Shown here in pieces: positions 26,029 to 40,295 of a stretch of 64,000 bases of DNA (position 1 is its first letter; every line of letters begins with the position of its first letter). The stretch is taken from positions 3,596,001 through 3,660,000 of the forward strand of contig CM102283.1 of assembly GCA_046563655.1 (NCBI GenBank), read 5' to 3'. Position numbers and translations under genes: made by a program. The notes below the pieces were generated by a model. It worked only from the letters and a program-made list of their open reading frames with translations, had not been told where the DNA came from and made no database searches. Source of the DNA: Yuukianura sp. NJ FZ-2021. Lineage: Eukaryota.

Positions 26029-29000
26029 TAAATTAAGCTTAGTTAATTACACGTCTGATTAATTAATTAATTAATTACTTTAACTATAGTTTAATTAAAC
26101 TTACCTTAACTTTACTCCATCACATTTGTACTTCATTTGCACCGTTCTTTTACGATTTTGGAAAAATTCGTGTAAGTTCAACTTCAAGTGCTTCTATTTT
26201 TGAATTTCACATGAACGCATTTCACATCTTGAGAGTTGTATTTAAAATGTCGGAAAAAGTAGAAAATTCGTGCTTTTCAACTTTTTCAATTAAATTATTT
26301 TTCAATTGTTTTAGAATTGTTGTTCAAAGTATTTTTTTAAACAAAAAAGGAATGGATTGAATTTGAAAAAGGAAAGTAAGTGTTTTCAAAATTTGTGGAA
26401 GTGTCGTAAAAAGTGCCCAAGTAGTAAAAACCCATAAAATGTTTTTAAAGGCCTCTTTTCACAAAGTGAGCGGGAGTTTTCGGAGGGGAGGCGCTCTTTT
26501 TGAGTACAAACCTGGAAAAACGATTATTTTTCCGGGAAAATCAAAATTGGCAAAATATCATAAAATTGGCCAAATTGCCAAATGCTCCCCTCCATCTTCC
26601 AGAAGTTGTTCACTTTTCGCACACAGTTTGCACGAAAACACGTTTCCAATATTAAATCCTTTAACGTTTTCACATCTGGAAATACTTCAAATCCAATCCC
26701 ATATCCAGCCCACTTTTTCAAACACACAAAAAACGAAAATTAAATTCTTCCATGGTCTTTACTACTTTCTTCCAAAAACTTTTCACTTTTCAAAATCCAA
26801 GTCACCAAATCTTCAATTTTTCCAAAATCTTCACCCCCTGAACATTTACAGCAAAAATGAGACACTTTGAGCTTATGAATGAATTTTTTTTTTACAAACT
26901 ATTGGTCTACTTCGGAAAAAAAAGTTTGTCAAAAACACTTTTTAACTTTATCTGACCTGATTTTTTAATTGCTAAAAAAGTTGTGTAAAAATTGTGTACA
27001 GTTTACTTAGCGTAACAATTCACAAAACAAATCCAAAGTGAAGTAGCTGAGATAAAGTTGCAAAAAAATTAAAAAGTGTTGAATGTTGGAGTTTGTTGCA
27101 CTTACTTGTTGCAAAAAATCACATTTTTGCAAAAATTTGAAATCACCAAAAGATTAGTCCAGTCTTTAATCCAAACACTGTCGACATGTCATGTGCCTCA
27201 CTAATGTTTTTGTTAAAAAACCCAAAAGTAGCAACACTAGTAAACTAAAGTTGCAAAAAATGTTCAACTGTGCAATAAAACTGCATCAGGAAAAGCGAAG
27301 TAGGAGAAGCTTTGCACAAAATGTTGCGAATTTGTCCTTTCTTGTGAATTTTTAGCTTCTTGAGAGTTTTGTAAGGGGTTGGGATAGGCAAAACCACTTT
27401 TTGGAAGGTTAAATCTAACATGTTAGGTTGATAGAAGAAGATGTTAAGGTTATATTCGTCCTTGTTAGGTTAGTTTATAAGTGTGTAGTTTGTGCATTTT
27501 GTTACCATGCATTTCCAACCCACCACCCCCTCCCCTTTGCCCACTTTTCACACAACCCCTCTCTGCTTTTGAGTAAAAGTGCAGTGCAGTTTGCAGTAGT
27601 GAGGCCTCGTACAATGCTCTTTTTCTCCAGTCCAGTACGTCTCCCAACGTCAGTTTACTTCTAAGCGGGGTCTCCGCCAAAGTGAGGGTTTTTCGCAAAT
27701 TTGCCAATTTTGGACTTTGCAAAAAAATTTATCCGGAGCCTCATCCTCCACCACGTGCTAAAAATTTGGCCTCGTTTCTACTGGAAGGGGGTGAGAAATA
27801 GCGGACAAAAAAAAGTTTCCAGGAAATTCAAATTCTCCCACTTTTTTCTGGAATTCTTGGACAAAATCGGGCAGCAAGGTACTAAGTTTTCTGCAACCAA
27901 AAATTGCAACAAGATTCGGTGTGCAAATTCGTGTGACAAAAATCCGGCTTTTAGGATTTTTTTAACAACAACAAAAAGAGAATTTTTTTTAATAACAAAA
28001 TCCTCAGCTATGAATTTTTGGAAAAATTGAGAGTGTTGGTGATCCAATTTTTGACATTTCTTTTATGTCTAGTTGGTGTAAGAAATAAATATTTATAGAA
28101 ATTGCATCCTGCATTAAAAAATAGTAGAAGATTGGATCTCAAAGGTGATTCAAGTACAACAAAAACTCATTTTTCTCTCAAAAATTGCAAAATTAAGTTT
28201 TTCTTGAGAAATTTTGATTTTTTTTTGTAAAACTACATATTTTGAGGTACATAGAACATGTTACATTTTTGTATTTTTTCCTCTGAACTTTTTCCCTGTT
28301 TTTCTCATTGATGCATCTTAATAGCCTTGAGTGATTCAACTTAAGATATTTTTTAACATTTTTCGAAATTTTGACCTTTACATAAAATTTTTTTGGATAG
28401 AGAGGAAGTGACTTACGAACTTGTTTACACGTGCTTGCTGGAGGTAAAAAAAATTGACTAAAAGTGGACTTTTTAGGCTGGATTTTCATTAATTCCGCGA
28501 CTAAGAAGTTGAAACATTTTGTCTAAAAAGTAGAAAATCACGTTTTCTCATAATTAAAATTATCCCAACAAGGAAAATTCAAAAGTAACACAACATTTTA
28601 TACTATGTAAAAAAAAGTAAAAATTGTAAGATTTTTTCAAAAATTTCACATTCAATTTTCAATTTATAGACTAAATTTTTCCTTGAGTTGCATCCCCTGG
28701 TCTTCCCCTTTACCTTTTATGCACAGCAAGTTACAATATCTTCCTTGTCAAATTTTTTGCACAAGTGACCTAGGCAAGGTCAACTGCAAAAGTTGCTTTT
28801 TGTATAAAAATGCTAAAAATGCAATTTTTTTTGCAGTTCTCAATGCAAAATGTAATGTTAACTTGTACTTTCATTTTGAGAAAAAGGAAAATGAAGCAAC
28901 AATTTCAGTGGATGAAATTTTTTGAAATTTCGGGATTTCTTGTTTTAGCAAATCTGAAATTTTTATCAGTTTTCTCACCACTTTGCTCTTGCGCCATAAA

Positions 29001-29645
29001 TGCCAAAAACTGAGTATTTATGATCGTAATTTATGCAGTTTTTGACTCGTACAATTAGACACGGAAAAAAAGTTACTAAAAACCTTGTTTTTTTTTCTAA
29101 AACGAATTGAAATGGACGGACATAACTTTATTTCGCTTCTTGAAGAGAAAGATCCTTATCACTTAATACTTGCAGCATGCAATTTGAGGCAAAAGTGAGA
29201 TTTTCCTTGCAAAAAAAGTTCAAAATTACGAAATGATAATTTCTGCACACTGCTTTAGTTTTGGGATTTCATGGTTTTGTGGTTTACGATTTGTATCTTC
29301 TTGGCTACAATTAAGTTGCTCGACCTTTACTTTTTTTTAATTTCTTACTGTTTTAACTGTAGCAAGTGCCATTGTTGTTGCAACTGCACAGCAAGTACTT
29401 TTATAATGAGGGTAGTTCACACTAAGCATTTCCTGCCTAACTTTTCTCCTTTTCTCATATTATACTTTATATACATATAGTTTACACAACTTAATTATCT
29501 TAATATGTATTTATACATTAATTAATTTATATTACGTTTTTGACCTTTGGAACATTCAGGAATTTAACAAGTAATGAATGATTGAACACGGAGATAAACG
29601 AAGGTTTTCCATTAATTTTTTTTTACTTTTTACATTTTTACATCA

Positions 29646-29725
29646 TTTATTACCAAAAGCTACTTTATGGTTTTTAAACTTGTTTGTCTGTCTGTCTGTC
29701 TGTCTGTCAGCGAAAAACTTATTAC
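29646..29725 (+). mobile_element. Probable 5' fragment of a HINE/DINE-1-like element with (GTCT)n microsatellite
   Basis: TTTATT..AAAGCTACTTTA resembles the terminus of the 21606 element and is followed by (GTCT)6, typical of these elements. Confidence 0.4.
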
Positions 29726-30033
29726 TGAAATTAAGATTATGGTGAAAGAACTTTTTCAGAAAGTGAGATAAATTTGAAAAAATTATGTATGGGAGCTTAA
29801 GAAAAAAACCAAAAAGTAACATGGTTTACAACTTGTGAAATGGAATTTATGAACTGAATGTAAACAGTGAATGTTATCGAAAATTAAAAGTAGTAAGATG
29901 CTGTCGTACTTGAGGATTTGGGGTGACAGTATCAGTGTGAAATGTGACTAACGATTATGTTAAACACTTCAAGTTAATTTTTAAACATTCAAAATCTGTT
30001 TGAACAACACTTTTTGTTCTAAATTGTACAGTC

Positions 30034-33000
30034 ATGTCCAGAAGAGAGTCTCCAGACCTGTCGGACTGTTCAATGTCGTCTTCGCTGCCGCAAGACACGG
30101 AACCGATGAACTACGGAGTACGACATCGCTTTGCCTCCTCCGGCAGCAGAAGCACTTCCAGAATGGCGCCAAATTCAAATCGGCCTGAAAGCGTTTCAGA
30201 CGATGTAAGCAATTTTTTCAAAATTTTCATTTTCAAAAAAAAAAGAGAACATTTTTAGAAACATTTAGAACAATACAGTACAATTAATTAGAATCCAACA
30301 TGGACAAATTTCAAAACATTCAACATTTTTTGCAAAAATTTTTACTTTTATGTTTTTTTTTAAATTCAGAACTACTCCGCTCGAACTCCGAAATGCGCTC
30401 GATGTCGAAACCACAAAGTGAGTGTTCCGGTCAAAGGTCACAAACGGTACTGCGAGTACCGGTTTTGTGAATGTGAACGATGTGTGCTCACAGCCGAGCG
30501 ACAGCGCGTCATGGCCCTACAGGTATGTCCAAAAATTCAGTTTTTTAAAAAATTTTGAATTTGGAATTTCGAAAAAGTTAGTTTTTTTAGTTTAGTAATG
30601 TTAGGTTAACGTATGTTTTCCGAACCCGTGTAGCACAAGACGCTGCTAACACGAACGTTGTTTCCCCAGGTTGCACTGCGGAGGGCTCAGGCACAGGACG
30701 AGGCGAGGGCTGCTCAGCTAAGGCAAGAGCACGCAAGCAGATCGTCGCCCGGTCCCGACGCTACGCCCTCCATACTAAACTTCACACAGCCAATCAGCGT
30801 CAAGCATTCTGCAGTTCAGCCAATCACGGAGCAGGAGGAGCAACCAATCAGAACGAAGCACTTGTCGGGGCAAAGTTCACCGGCAAATTCAAATAGAAGT
30901 TTTTCCAGCCCACCGGTAGATGGGGAATCACGTGGTATGAATCTCAAGCGGTGCACGACTCTAGAAGAGTTGGAAACAAAAAAATCAAATTCAAATTCAA
31001 ATTCACCGATTCTCCCGCCACCAAAAAAATTCAAAATTTCCCGCTCCTCACCGCCGCGGCGACATTCAAATGAGTCGCCGCCGCCACAGCAGTTAGGGTC
31101 GGACGGACCAATCGTAGAGTTCCACCGGAGAAATGTTGGGCTCATTCGACCAATCAGAGAAGACGGGCCAGCGGGAATTTTAAATCCTGGTGGTTTAGGT
31201 GCAGCACTTGTCTCTTCCGTGGCTGGGCGACCATCGGCGACATTTCAGTCTTCTACGACAAACGGACCCTCAACAGGAAGGCCGAATCATGCACATGCCC
31301 ATAGACTTCTTTCTGGAAGTGCAGCGGCGACATTTCTCCCTCCGGCGACATCAATCTCTTCCACGTCGTCGTCGGCGCACAACTCTCCCCCGGCTCCACC
31401 TCTGGGTGAAACCCATCTCCGCGGACCTAGAGTTCATCCAAATTTTCGTAAGTTCAAAATTTCATAAAATTTTCGTAAAAATAATTTTCATGTTTTTAAC
31501 GATTTTAAGAACCTACCACATTTCAAAAACGGTAACAAAATTTAACATTCAAACGGTGTTTCTGTTCCTCTTCATTGATAAATTCTTCAATTAAATTAAA
31601 ATTAGGCATCAGAAAACTTAGAATTCGGGCTACAATTAAATTTAAATTTAAAAATTCAAATTTGCAGCACAACTCTAAAAACGGCGGGCTGAAAGTTAAA
31701 AAGTTTTTAGTATTTCGTTCCAAGGTGATTCCAAATTAAACTCCAACTGTGAATTTAAGTTGGTACTAAATTGGAAATTTTACGAGTGAAATTTTAAAGT
31801 CATCATTTCATATTCTGTTAAATTTCGACACGTTTTTAGTGGCATCTGTTGTAGTCACACTTTAACTCATTTTATGACAAATTCTAATCAACATTAAAAT
31901 TATGACTTATTAAAAAAGTAACCATTTGAGGTGGTGGAGGTGAAATAAATAAATTTTAGATTCGAAATTTCCAAAATTTAATTTCAAAATTAAAATCCAA
32001 TGTCATACTCTCAGACAAGAGTCATAAAGTTTTCATAACCTTTTTCAAAATTATGATTCGACTTTCAAAATTTTATTTAGTTTCAAACCTCCAACAGAGT
32101 GAATGAAAAGAGTTAGACTGTCGTCATTAAAATTTTGATACTCCTTTCAAATTTCAATTTGAAATTTTGCAAAATCCTTTTGTCTTTTTCAAAATTTAAC
32201 ACCTCAATATGGCCTCACACGTTAACTACTTTTCTGTCTCTACAAAGCTTACACTTTAAAAAATACTTTTTCAAAGAAATTTCAAAATTCAAAAATTTTG
32301 AAGGCATTGACGTCAAGGCTTTTAAGTTTACAAAAAAGTAAAAAATGAAGGTCAAAGTTGAAAAAAGTGCCATTGTTTTTAAATTTTTAAAACAAGAACG
32401 TGTTAATTTGACTTAACAAGTATTTTGAGCGGCACTTTTTAAAAACAACGCCGCGCTTTGTTGTTTTACCTTGAAAATTAGCGGCAAACTTTGACAAAAC
32501 AAAGTATTTAAATTTGAAATTTAACAATGTGTTTTAACAAAACAAAGGAAATTGACGTTCTTGGAAGAGGATGTTGGCGTCAATCGGCATCTTTTCAAAA
32601 ATTTGAAACGGACGAGGCGGGAACTTTGAAAAAAATATTTCATTGTAGGTTATGGTTTAAAGTTTTAGATTTTAAGTATCGACTTGTCCTTAAAATATTT
32701 TCGACAAGTTTATAGTCATAGGAGCTACAGTCTTAAGTAGCAGAAAAAAGTTAAGAAAAAGTAATAAAAAGTGAGATTTTAAAAGTCGAAACTGCCAAAA
32801 GTCGTATTAAAATTTGTTACGATTTTGCTTAATAAGGGATTTCGTGTTCTTAAGCTCATTTACGACTTTTTACATTTTTTATAACTTTTGTAATGAAGAA
32901 CAATGAAACAAGAAATGAACAACAATTTGGCACGCCACAAAAAAAAGTTTAGAAAAAAAACATGACTAACAAAATTGTTCTAATGATTTTGAGAACGCAC

Positions 33001-34860
33001 CGTGCATATTTTGCTACACTTCAGTGCAAAAAAATTTTTTTGAAAAGGTTTTGGCTTTCAAAAAACTTACAGTTCCACACAAATGGATCCAAAATCGGAG
33101 AATTTTTAGTCGCTTTTTAGTTTTAGTAGTTTGGTCAAAACTTTTGTTGATTTTGAAAATGTTTAGGAAAAACAACTTGTTGAAACAATTTGCCTAAAGT
33201 GTATTCTCAAAAACTTTGCAAACTTTTGCTAAAATTTTGCTAAAATTTGAAAAGTTATGATTTCAGAAATATGATGTGTGTCGTGGAACATAGTTGGATG
33301 GAAACTACTACAAAGTGTGAACCTGTCTTAGATTTTTATACAAAGTTTGAGTTGGAGGCGTGAGATGAAAAGATGCCATTTTGAAAATTTTGGAAAAACC
33401 GCTTTCGATGAGGCCGCGTTTTGTGCTAAAATGTGCCACTTTACATCTTTGTTGCACTTCAAGTTTTGTGTAGTGGAGGGAGTAACTATTTCAAAAAAAT
33501 TGCATGAGTGCAAAAAGTGTTCTAGAAAAAACTACGACCGACCATGAACTTGTTGAATCCATAACGTTAATGCAGGAATCAAACAAAATTTTTCTAAAAT
33601 TCAAAATTAGTCAAAAATTTTCTTATTTCTGTCATCACAAAATCTTCTCCTTCTTCAAAATTGTCAAAAAATCCAAATTAAAAAAAAATTGTTTTTCCAG
33701 TTTTCTGAAAAGTTAAAAAATTCTTCATTCATTCAGCACATGCAAGATTTCGCTAAAACAGATACAAGGTTCGATGCATTTTTTGTGCAAATCTGACCTC
33801 TGTAAAAAGCAAGGCTAAAGAGACACAAGTTTTGTCTTATCGTTCAGCCCAATTTTTTTGCAAACTTTTTCGCAATTGACAAATCGTTGAAACTTGTACA
33901 CTTCTGTGCAAAATGAAACATTGTCCATATCACTTCAACTCAAAAGTGGAAAACTGGACTAGTCGAGACTTCTGTTTATCAAAAACTACAAAGTCAACTA
34001 TTGCAATTTTTTGCAAACTTCTAGCACATACAGGCTAAATTTTGCAATATGCAGAATTATCAGTCTAGCAACACTTTTTGCAAATTACCATTTTCCTTTT
34101 GTACCTTGTATTTGCAATCACAAAATTTGCGACTTTTTATGTTCAAATCTTGTCTGACTTTTCCAGACTCTGTCTGAATCTTCAGTTTTTTTGCAAAGAG
34201 GCTAAAAGGCGGTTTTTTGCGAACTTTGTTCAAGTTCAAGTCAAAACTTTTTATCAAGTTGCAAAATCGTGTGATTTTTGCACATTTAAAATTAAAATTT
34301 ATGTTACTTGGGAGCATCTTCTTGACCTTTAAAGTTTTTCATTCATTTTGCAAAAATTGTGTATGTGTTTATCTCTTACACGTCCTGACAAACTTTATGT
34401 TCTCAGCCAAAATTTAAATTCGAAACTAAAATTTGAAATTTTTTTGAAAATTGAAATTTTTGTTTTTAGCACTAAATGGAGTATCAGACATTTCGATCGA
34501 CGTTATGAAAGAATCTCTGCATGCACTTCTGGACATGTTCCGTTTTCCGCTCGAAAGTCTCCCCCTCGTTTACCGAATTCTCAAAGACTACAGAGCTGAC
34601 TTTCGCTTAGCCTCTTCAAAAATTCTAGAAGGTGAGTGATCCACTTTTTTAAAATTTCGAAATTTCAAAATTTTGAAACTTTTTTGAAAACAGCTCAGAA
34701 TGAACTGCGGTCCTTGGCTCTTCTGGAAGCCGCTAGAGCGTACCCTTACTACAACTACTACGCTTACACTCAAGGGACCTCCAACGGAACGCCCTCGGAA
34801 GCATACAATCCCTTCGTCGCTGCAGCCGCTGCAGCGAGCGCTCGAGCAAGTCCTCCATGA
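30034..34860 (+). CDS. dsx: Doublesex (DM domain + OD2 dimerisation domain)
   Basis: Exons 30034-30204, 30370-30522, 30670-31447, 34470-34631, 34694-34860. [49 protein letters not shown]2: [33 protein letters not shown]. Confidence 0.92.
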
Positions 34861-37224
34861 GACCCTTAAGGGCCCCCATATTCCAAATTTTGAATAAGCA
34901 GCTTTTTAAGGTTCAAAATTTGGAGGATTACGGTATTTCGAAAAAAGTTTTAGTCAGATGTGTAGCTTGGTTTTTGCGATGGCGCAGTTTGGTTTAGAAA
35001 TTTGAAGGGTCCCTTAAGGGGGCCCTTAGATTTGGTTTAATTGTGATCCAGGAAACTTATGGTCCCGATGAGCAAAGTATTTGGAACGAAGACTTCCAGA
35101 AACTAACTTATATCATACTATTATACTGTTTGCCATTTATAAATTATGAATTACAATTAACTTAAATTATAATTAACTAAATACTTAAGTTTTAATTACA
35201 TTTCAAACAGGAATGACAACGGAACAGACACTTTTGGACAAGATTTGATCTCGGTGAAGAGCAATTGTTGGTGTTTTCAAAATTTTGGAAACTGAATTAA
35301 TCCAAAAATTGATATTTTCAAAATTTTGAAAACTGAATTTAGCAAAAGGTCATTGACCTCTAGATATTTACTTAAACCACCTGGAACTGCGTTTTGAATA
35401 AAATTTGAAAAGGCAACTGGAAATTTCGAAAATCGTTTTTTAAATGTTGACACTTTTTTTGAAAAGTTGTTCAAACAATGGGTGAGCTTGAAGCTTAAAA
35501 GTCCTTTTATGGTTGTGAGTGTAGATTTTGAAGTGTGTTAAGTTGAGCAATGATCAACTCTTTTGACATCTTTAGTGACTTAACACTCAAGTCAAATTAC
35601 ACGGCTCTAATCATGGTTTTGTCTAATGTTGCTGACACAAAAAACAGCTACCTAAACACATTTTAGTTTTTTTGAATTTGACACTACTCGCTAAAAATCT
35701 TTTGAGTTTGGAGATCGTGTGAATTTGCTGATTTTTCAGATTACAAGTTATGCACAAAGAGTGACCTCATCTCTGCAAAATTATTGACATAAGGTTACTG
35801 TGCGTTGCAAATCCAAATGTACAAAACTCGTCCAAAAATAGCATAATTTCGGAGAAATTGAAAAAATGAAAAATTGTCAAAAAAATTTTTTGAAACTTTT
35901 TGATGTTTTTGGGGATGAATTTGTTGTAAAAGAGGATGGGCATGGCTTAGTTTTTTTTACTAAAGTCTAGGAGGGATGGACGAAAGAATTTGACAATGGG
36001 ATTCACACCTACACGAAAAAAGGCTGACACTCTGTTCATTCAAGCCACAAATAGGGATAAAGCATTCTTCATTCTAGTGCTAAAGGGAAACACCAAAATT
36101 TCACACTTTTCAAGACTTTTACAAAATGGGAACAAAGGAAATTTTAACAAAATGGCGATTTTCGAAAAAAAAATTCTATCGTGTAACAGAAGTAGGAAGT
36201 CGCAAAATCTGCAATTTTAGAAAAATTCTATAAATCCTTTAGGAAAAAGTTAAAAGTTGGAAAAATAGTTTTGCTAAAAGTAAATTTTGGAGTCATCGAA
36301 CCCATTTAATTTATTACTTTTTGACACTTTTTTTTGCAGAGTTATGCATGTCTAGTTAGATTCTAATGTTAGTTTCTACATTTGTAAGTGATGAGTTGTA
36401 AAAATGTCGTCAGTTACTATGGTCATGTCACAAGATTCGTCTAGGTCATAAATCATTGTTCCGAAAAAAGAGTTGACCAAAATGTAGATGACCCAGACGA
36501 AACAGTAGTTGACACATAGACATAAACAAAAGGAGATCAACATAACATCTCTTGTTCGGTTTAGAGTAGATTAGAGACACTTTAGTGTTTCTAACATTAA
36601 CTTAAATGTGGCTAACATTTTAAATTAGAAGCAATTTAAAAGTTTAACTGATCTGGGTCACAAACAGCGCCAGAAAAAACGAACAAAAAATCGTTACTTT
36701 TTAGGCACTAATTTCGAGCACATTTCAAAATTATTTAGTTTGCAAAAAAAAAACGAAAAGCATAACTTTTTTAAGCGTTTTTTGGACAAAGAACACAAAA
36801 GAAAGGGTAGAATTTTATGTTTGAAATTTTATGATGCAGCAATTTCCTGTTTGCAAACTAATTGTTACACTCTTTTCATGTTTCAACAATTTGCTACAAT
36901 TTCCCCCTCTTAATTTCTATTTTCATTTCTACTTTTCATTGCAATAAAATCCCATATTTGAGCATACCTTTAGAATAAATCTTCGAAAAAAAACAAACTT
37001 TTTCATCAAAATGTAATTATTTTCAAAATTTTGTCATCGTTTTTCCTCATCTTTGTAAATGGTCCATTACTCCCTCTCCTGAGACTTCATAAACACCCGC
37101 CACAGCCCAACATCATTTTACGACTCTAACCTTCATCATCTTCCGCAGGTTGTGCGGTGCACAACTCCATTTATTCCCTTCATTAAAATCAAACCATTAT
37201 TATTCCCGCCAAATCCTACACCAC

Positions 37225-37565
37225 CTTCTCCCCCCCCCCCCACCCAAACAATAACGTCTGGAACCCCCCCCCCCTCCAGAAACAATAAGGTTTAGAACCC
37301 CCCCCCCCCCAGAAACAATAAGGTTTAGAACCCCCCCCCCTCAGAAACAATAATGTTTGAAAACCACCCTCCAACCCCCAGAAACACTCAGGCTTCAACC
37401 CCCCCCCCACCAGGAGCAATAATGTTTAACCCCCCCCCCCACTCTGGAGAAACAAAGAGGTTTACAGACCCACCCCTCACCAGTGCGAGGACCTTTCACC
37501 AGCCGAACCCCCTCCCCCCTCATCCTAACAAAATCTTTAAGTCCGAACCCCCCCCCCTTCTCCCT
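37225..37565. repeat. Degenerate ~32-bp tandem repeat with long C runs
   Basis: (C)9-12 AGAAACAATAAGGTTTAGAA-type units repeated about 7 times. Confidence 0.85.
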
Positions 37566-40295
37566 CTCGTTCCAAGTTCACTTTTAGGATTTGCAATTTC
37601 GTTTTTCCGTTTTGCAAGAACGAGGCCATTAAATTTTTTTTGGCAAACTCAAGCCCCGGAGACCCCACATCGTTATTTTCCTGCTCTTTTATGACTTTGT
37701 GTGTCTCTCCCCCTTTGCTGTGTATCGTTAAAGGTTGTTCCGAAAACATAAAACATGTTAGTCAAAGCGTAGCAAAAGTTTTTGCAAGGTTTTTGCAAAA
37801 GGAACTTTAAGTTTCAAACGTCTCCAACAAATTTTGAACCCGTGCAAAAAATAAGTTTGGAAAATTGGAATTTTGAAAATGACGAAAAAGGGAGAAGCTC
37901 TCCCCGATGAGAAAATTACGGTTTTTGAAAAAGCCACAAAAACAAGGGATCATGTTCAAAAGTTGCCAAATTTTGGTACTTTTTTGAAAAGATGTTAATA
38001 ATAGTTTTTTGGTTTTGGAACATAAAAGACTTGAGGAATGAAAAAATACAAAGATTGGCGGGTATTTGCCATTGTGGTTCGTTTGTTCGCAAATTTTCGG
38101 GGTGTGCAAGAATTTTGCACAAGAAAGGAAGAAGGACTTTGGAATTTCGGCACTTCCGATAACTTCTTTTATGTTTTTCCAAAACAGCGTAACATCTAAA
38201 CCATAACTTCAAATGTTACATTTTTCCCACACGCAGTGTTAAGGGTCTCCTAAGGGCCTTAAGGGTCCCTGGGTGCATGGGTTACGATTTTTGACTCTAG
38301 AAGGGGTCCCTTAAGGGTCCAGAAATCATAAAATTACAAAGAAACACTAATGTTGAATGGAAATTTCAATATTTCAACAACGTTGAAGAGAAAACTGGAG
38401 TTGTTGAACAATTAATTCGCAGTTCATAAATTCATTAAGTTTATTGCACTAATTAAACTTTGTTTTACTTAATTCTATCACACCTTGCTGAACATATGAA
38501 ATCTAGTTTTTATAAAAAATGAAATTTGTTGGAAAAGCTTTCGTGAAATTCTTTTTTTCTGAAAAAGTAACTTTTTTTTTGTTCCCAACTGTTGCATTTT
38601 ACTACTTTTGTTCTTCCTTTTGTTCTTTTTGTGACTCCATTGTTCTTTGCAAAAACTTTAAATTTTGAGAGGCGGTAAAGTTTGGGTTTAAAATTGATTG
38701 TTAGTGTTGCCAATGACATGCGCATTGTTGCAAAAATGAAGGTAAAGGAGTGGAGGACTTGCAAAAAAAAGTAACTAGAAAGAGGGAAGTTTGAAATGAA
38801 AATGGAAATAAAAAAAGAGAGGAGTTTGAGAGTCGTAAAAGGTGTTCGTAAAAAGTAAAAAATAAAACATTTTTTTCGCAATGAAGATTATTACACCTCA
38901 TAGTCAGAAGTTTATGAGGAGACAGAGAGATTGAAATCTCGAGAGTTATGACACAGTTGCCCCTCCATAGTTTTTTGCACACTTTAAAAACCCAATGCAA
39001 TTTTGTGCAAAAATTTAATTGCAGCTCCAAAAATAACTGGTTTTGCTATGAACAAGTAGGTGTTGGACACCTTGCAAATTTTTTGCATAAACCTAGATCG
39101 ATTTGCACTAAAATAAAAAAAAAGTTTCATTTTAGTTTGGAAAATTTGCAGAGGGCTCTAAACATTTAAAACACTGTTTCCTTACAGTAAAAAATGGATT
39201 TTCAAGTTCTCAAAATTTTGAAAATGCAAATGAAATTTGAAAATGCAACAAGTTTGAAACACGAAATTTTTTAAATGAGTGCAGGATTTCAGTGCAAAAG
39301 TTACGAAATGAATCCATTCCGTTCAATTATCTTCACTTTTAAATTAGTTTCAGCTTTTACTAGGGTACTAAAAATACTAAAATTTTGAAATTTTGAAAAG
39401 TTGGACTAAAACTAAAATAGGCTGCATATGTTAGTCGTGACATCCTTGCCAAAATGGTAAATCTGTTATCCAGAGAGTGCCCCAGGATGAAGGTTGTTGG
39501 TGTCATTTGAAATTTTGAGTACTAAAACTTTCTCCTCATAGTCTTATAGTACTTTTGTGCAAAATGACTATTTTACGATGTGACCCAGCACACAAAACAC
39601 ATTAACAGAGTTGAGTCTCCTGTCTGAATTTTAGGATTATTGAGGATGGGATTGGATTTCCACCAACCTAACTTAAAGTGAAAGTAAAAGTAAAAGCTCC
39701 AACCTAGTCTAACTTTCACTCCAGCTCAAATTGCCACATTATATTCAAACATAAAATTCATCCTAACTAGGATAAAAGAGATGCTGCTGCCTCCAAATCT
39801 CAGCTAAGTTAGATTTTCCGAAATTTAGAAAAAAAAAAATTATGACAAAAAAATTCCAAGTTTTCCGAAAAAGTTTAAAGTTTAAATTTATGTGTTTGTG
39901 TTCACAACGCAAAGTGCAAGTTTGAAGTTAAAGTTCAAAAAAATTGAGGTTGTGAGTGTTTTTGCTGATTTTTGTGCCAATTCGTGCAGTTTTTGATATG
40001 ATAAGGAGAACGTTGATCTCACTACATTTTGTAGAATGAGAACAAGAGTTTAGTAAATATTGTTAGCCTTACTCAAAAAAAGTTACAGTTTGAATTAAAA
40101 GTTCGCCTCGTGCAAATTTTTAACTTTTAACTTCAGAACTTTTGACTTGCAACCTCAAGAGTCAACGAGGTCAAGTAGAGTTATGCTATTCGCTAAAAAG
40201 TCAATGCATTTCTTATTTCCTAAAAAAAGTTTTGAATTTGACTCTCCTTTTTGAATGAAATTGATTCAAATGTCGCTTTCATGTCGCCGTGTCAC

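Noticed and set aside
26030-30030. Short ORFs upstream of dsx
   Set aside because: F/K/L/N-rich translations typical of AT-rich non-coding DNA with no motifs; probably regulatory/UTR space.
34632-35300. Drosophila-type Tra/Tra2 dsxRE repeats (TCWWCAATCAACA)
   Set aside because: I did not see copies in this region by eye.
35260-40250. Short ORFs downstream of dsx
   Set aside because: Same compositional artefacts; no coherent exon chain found.
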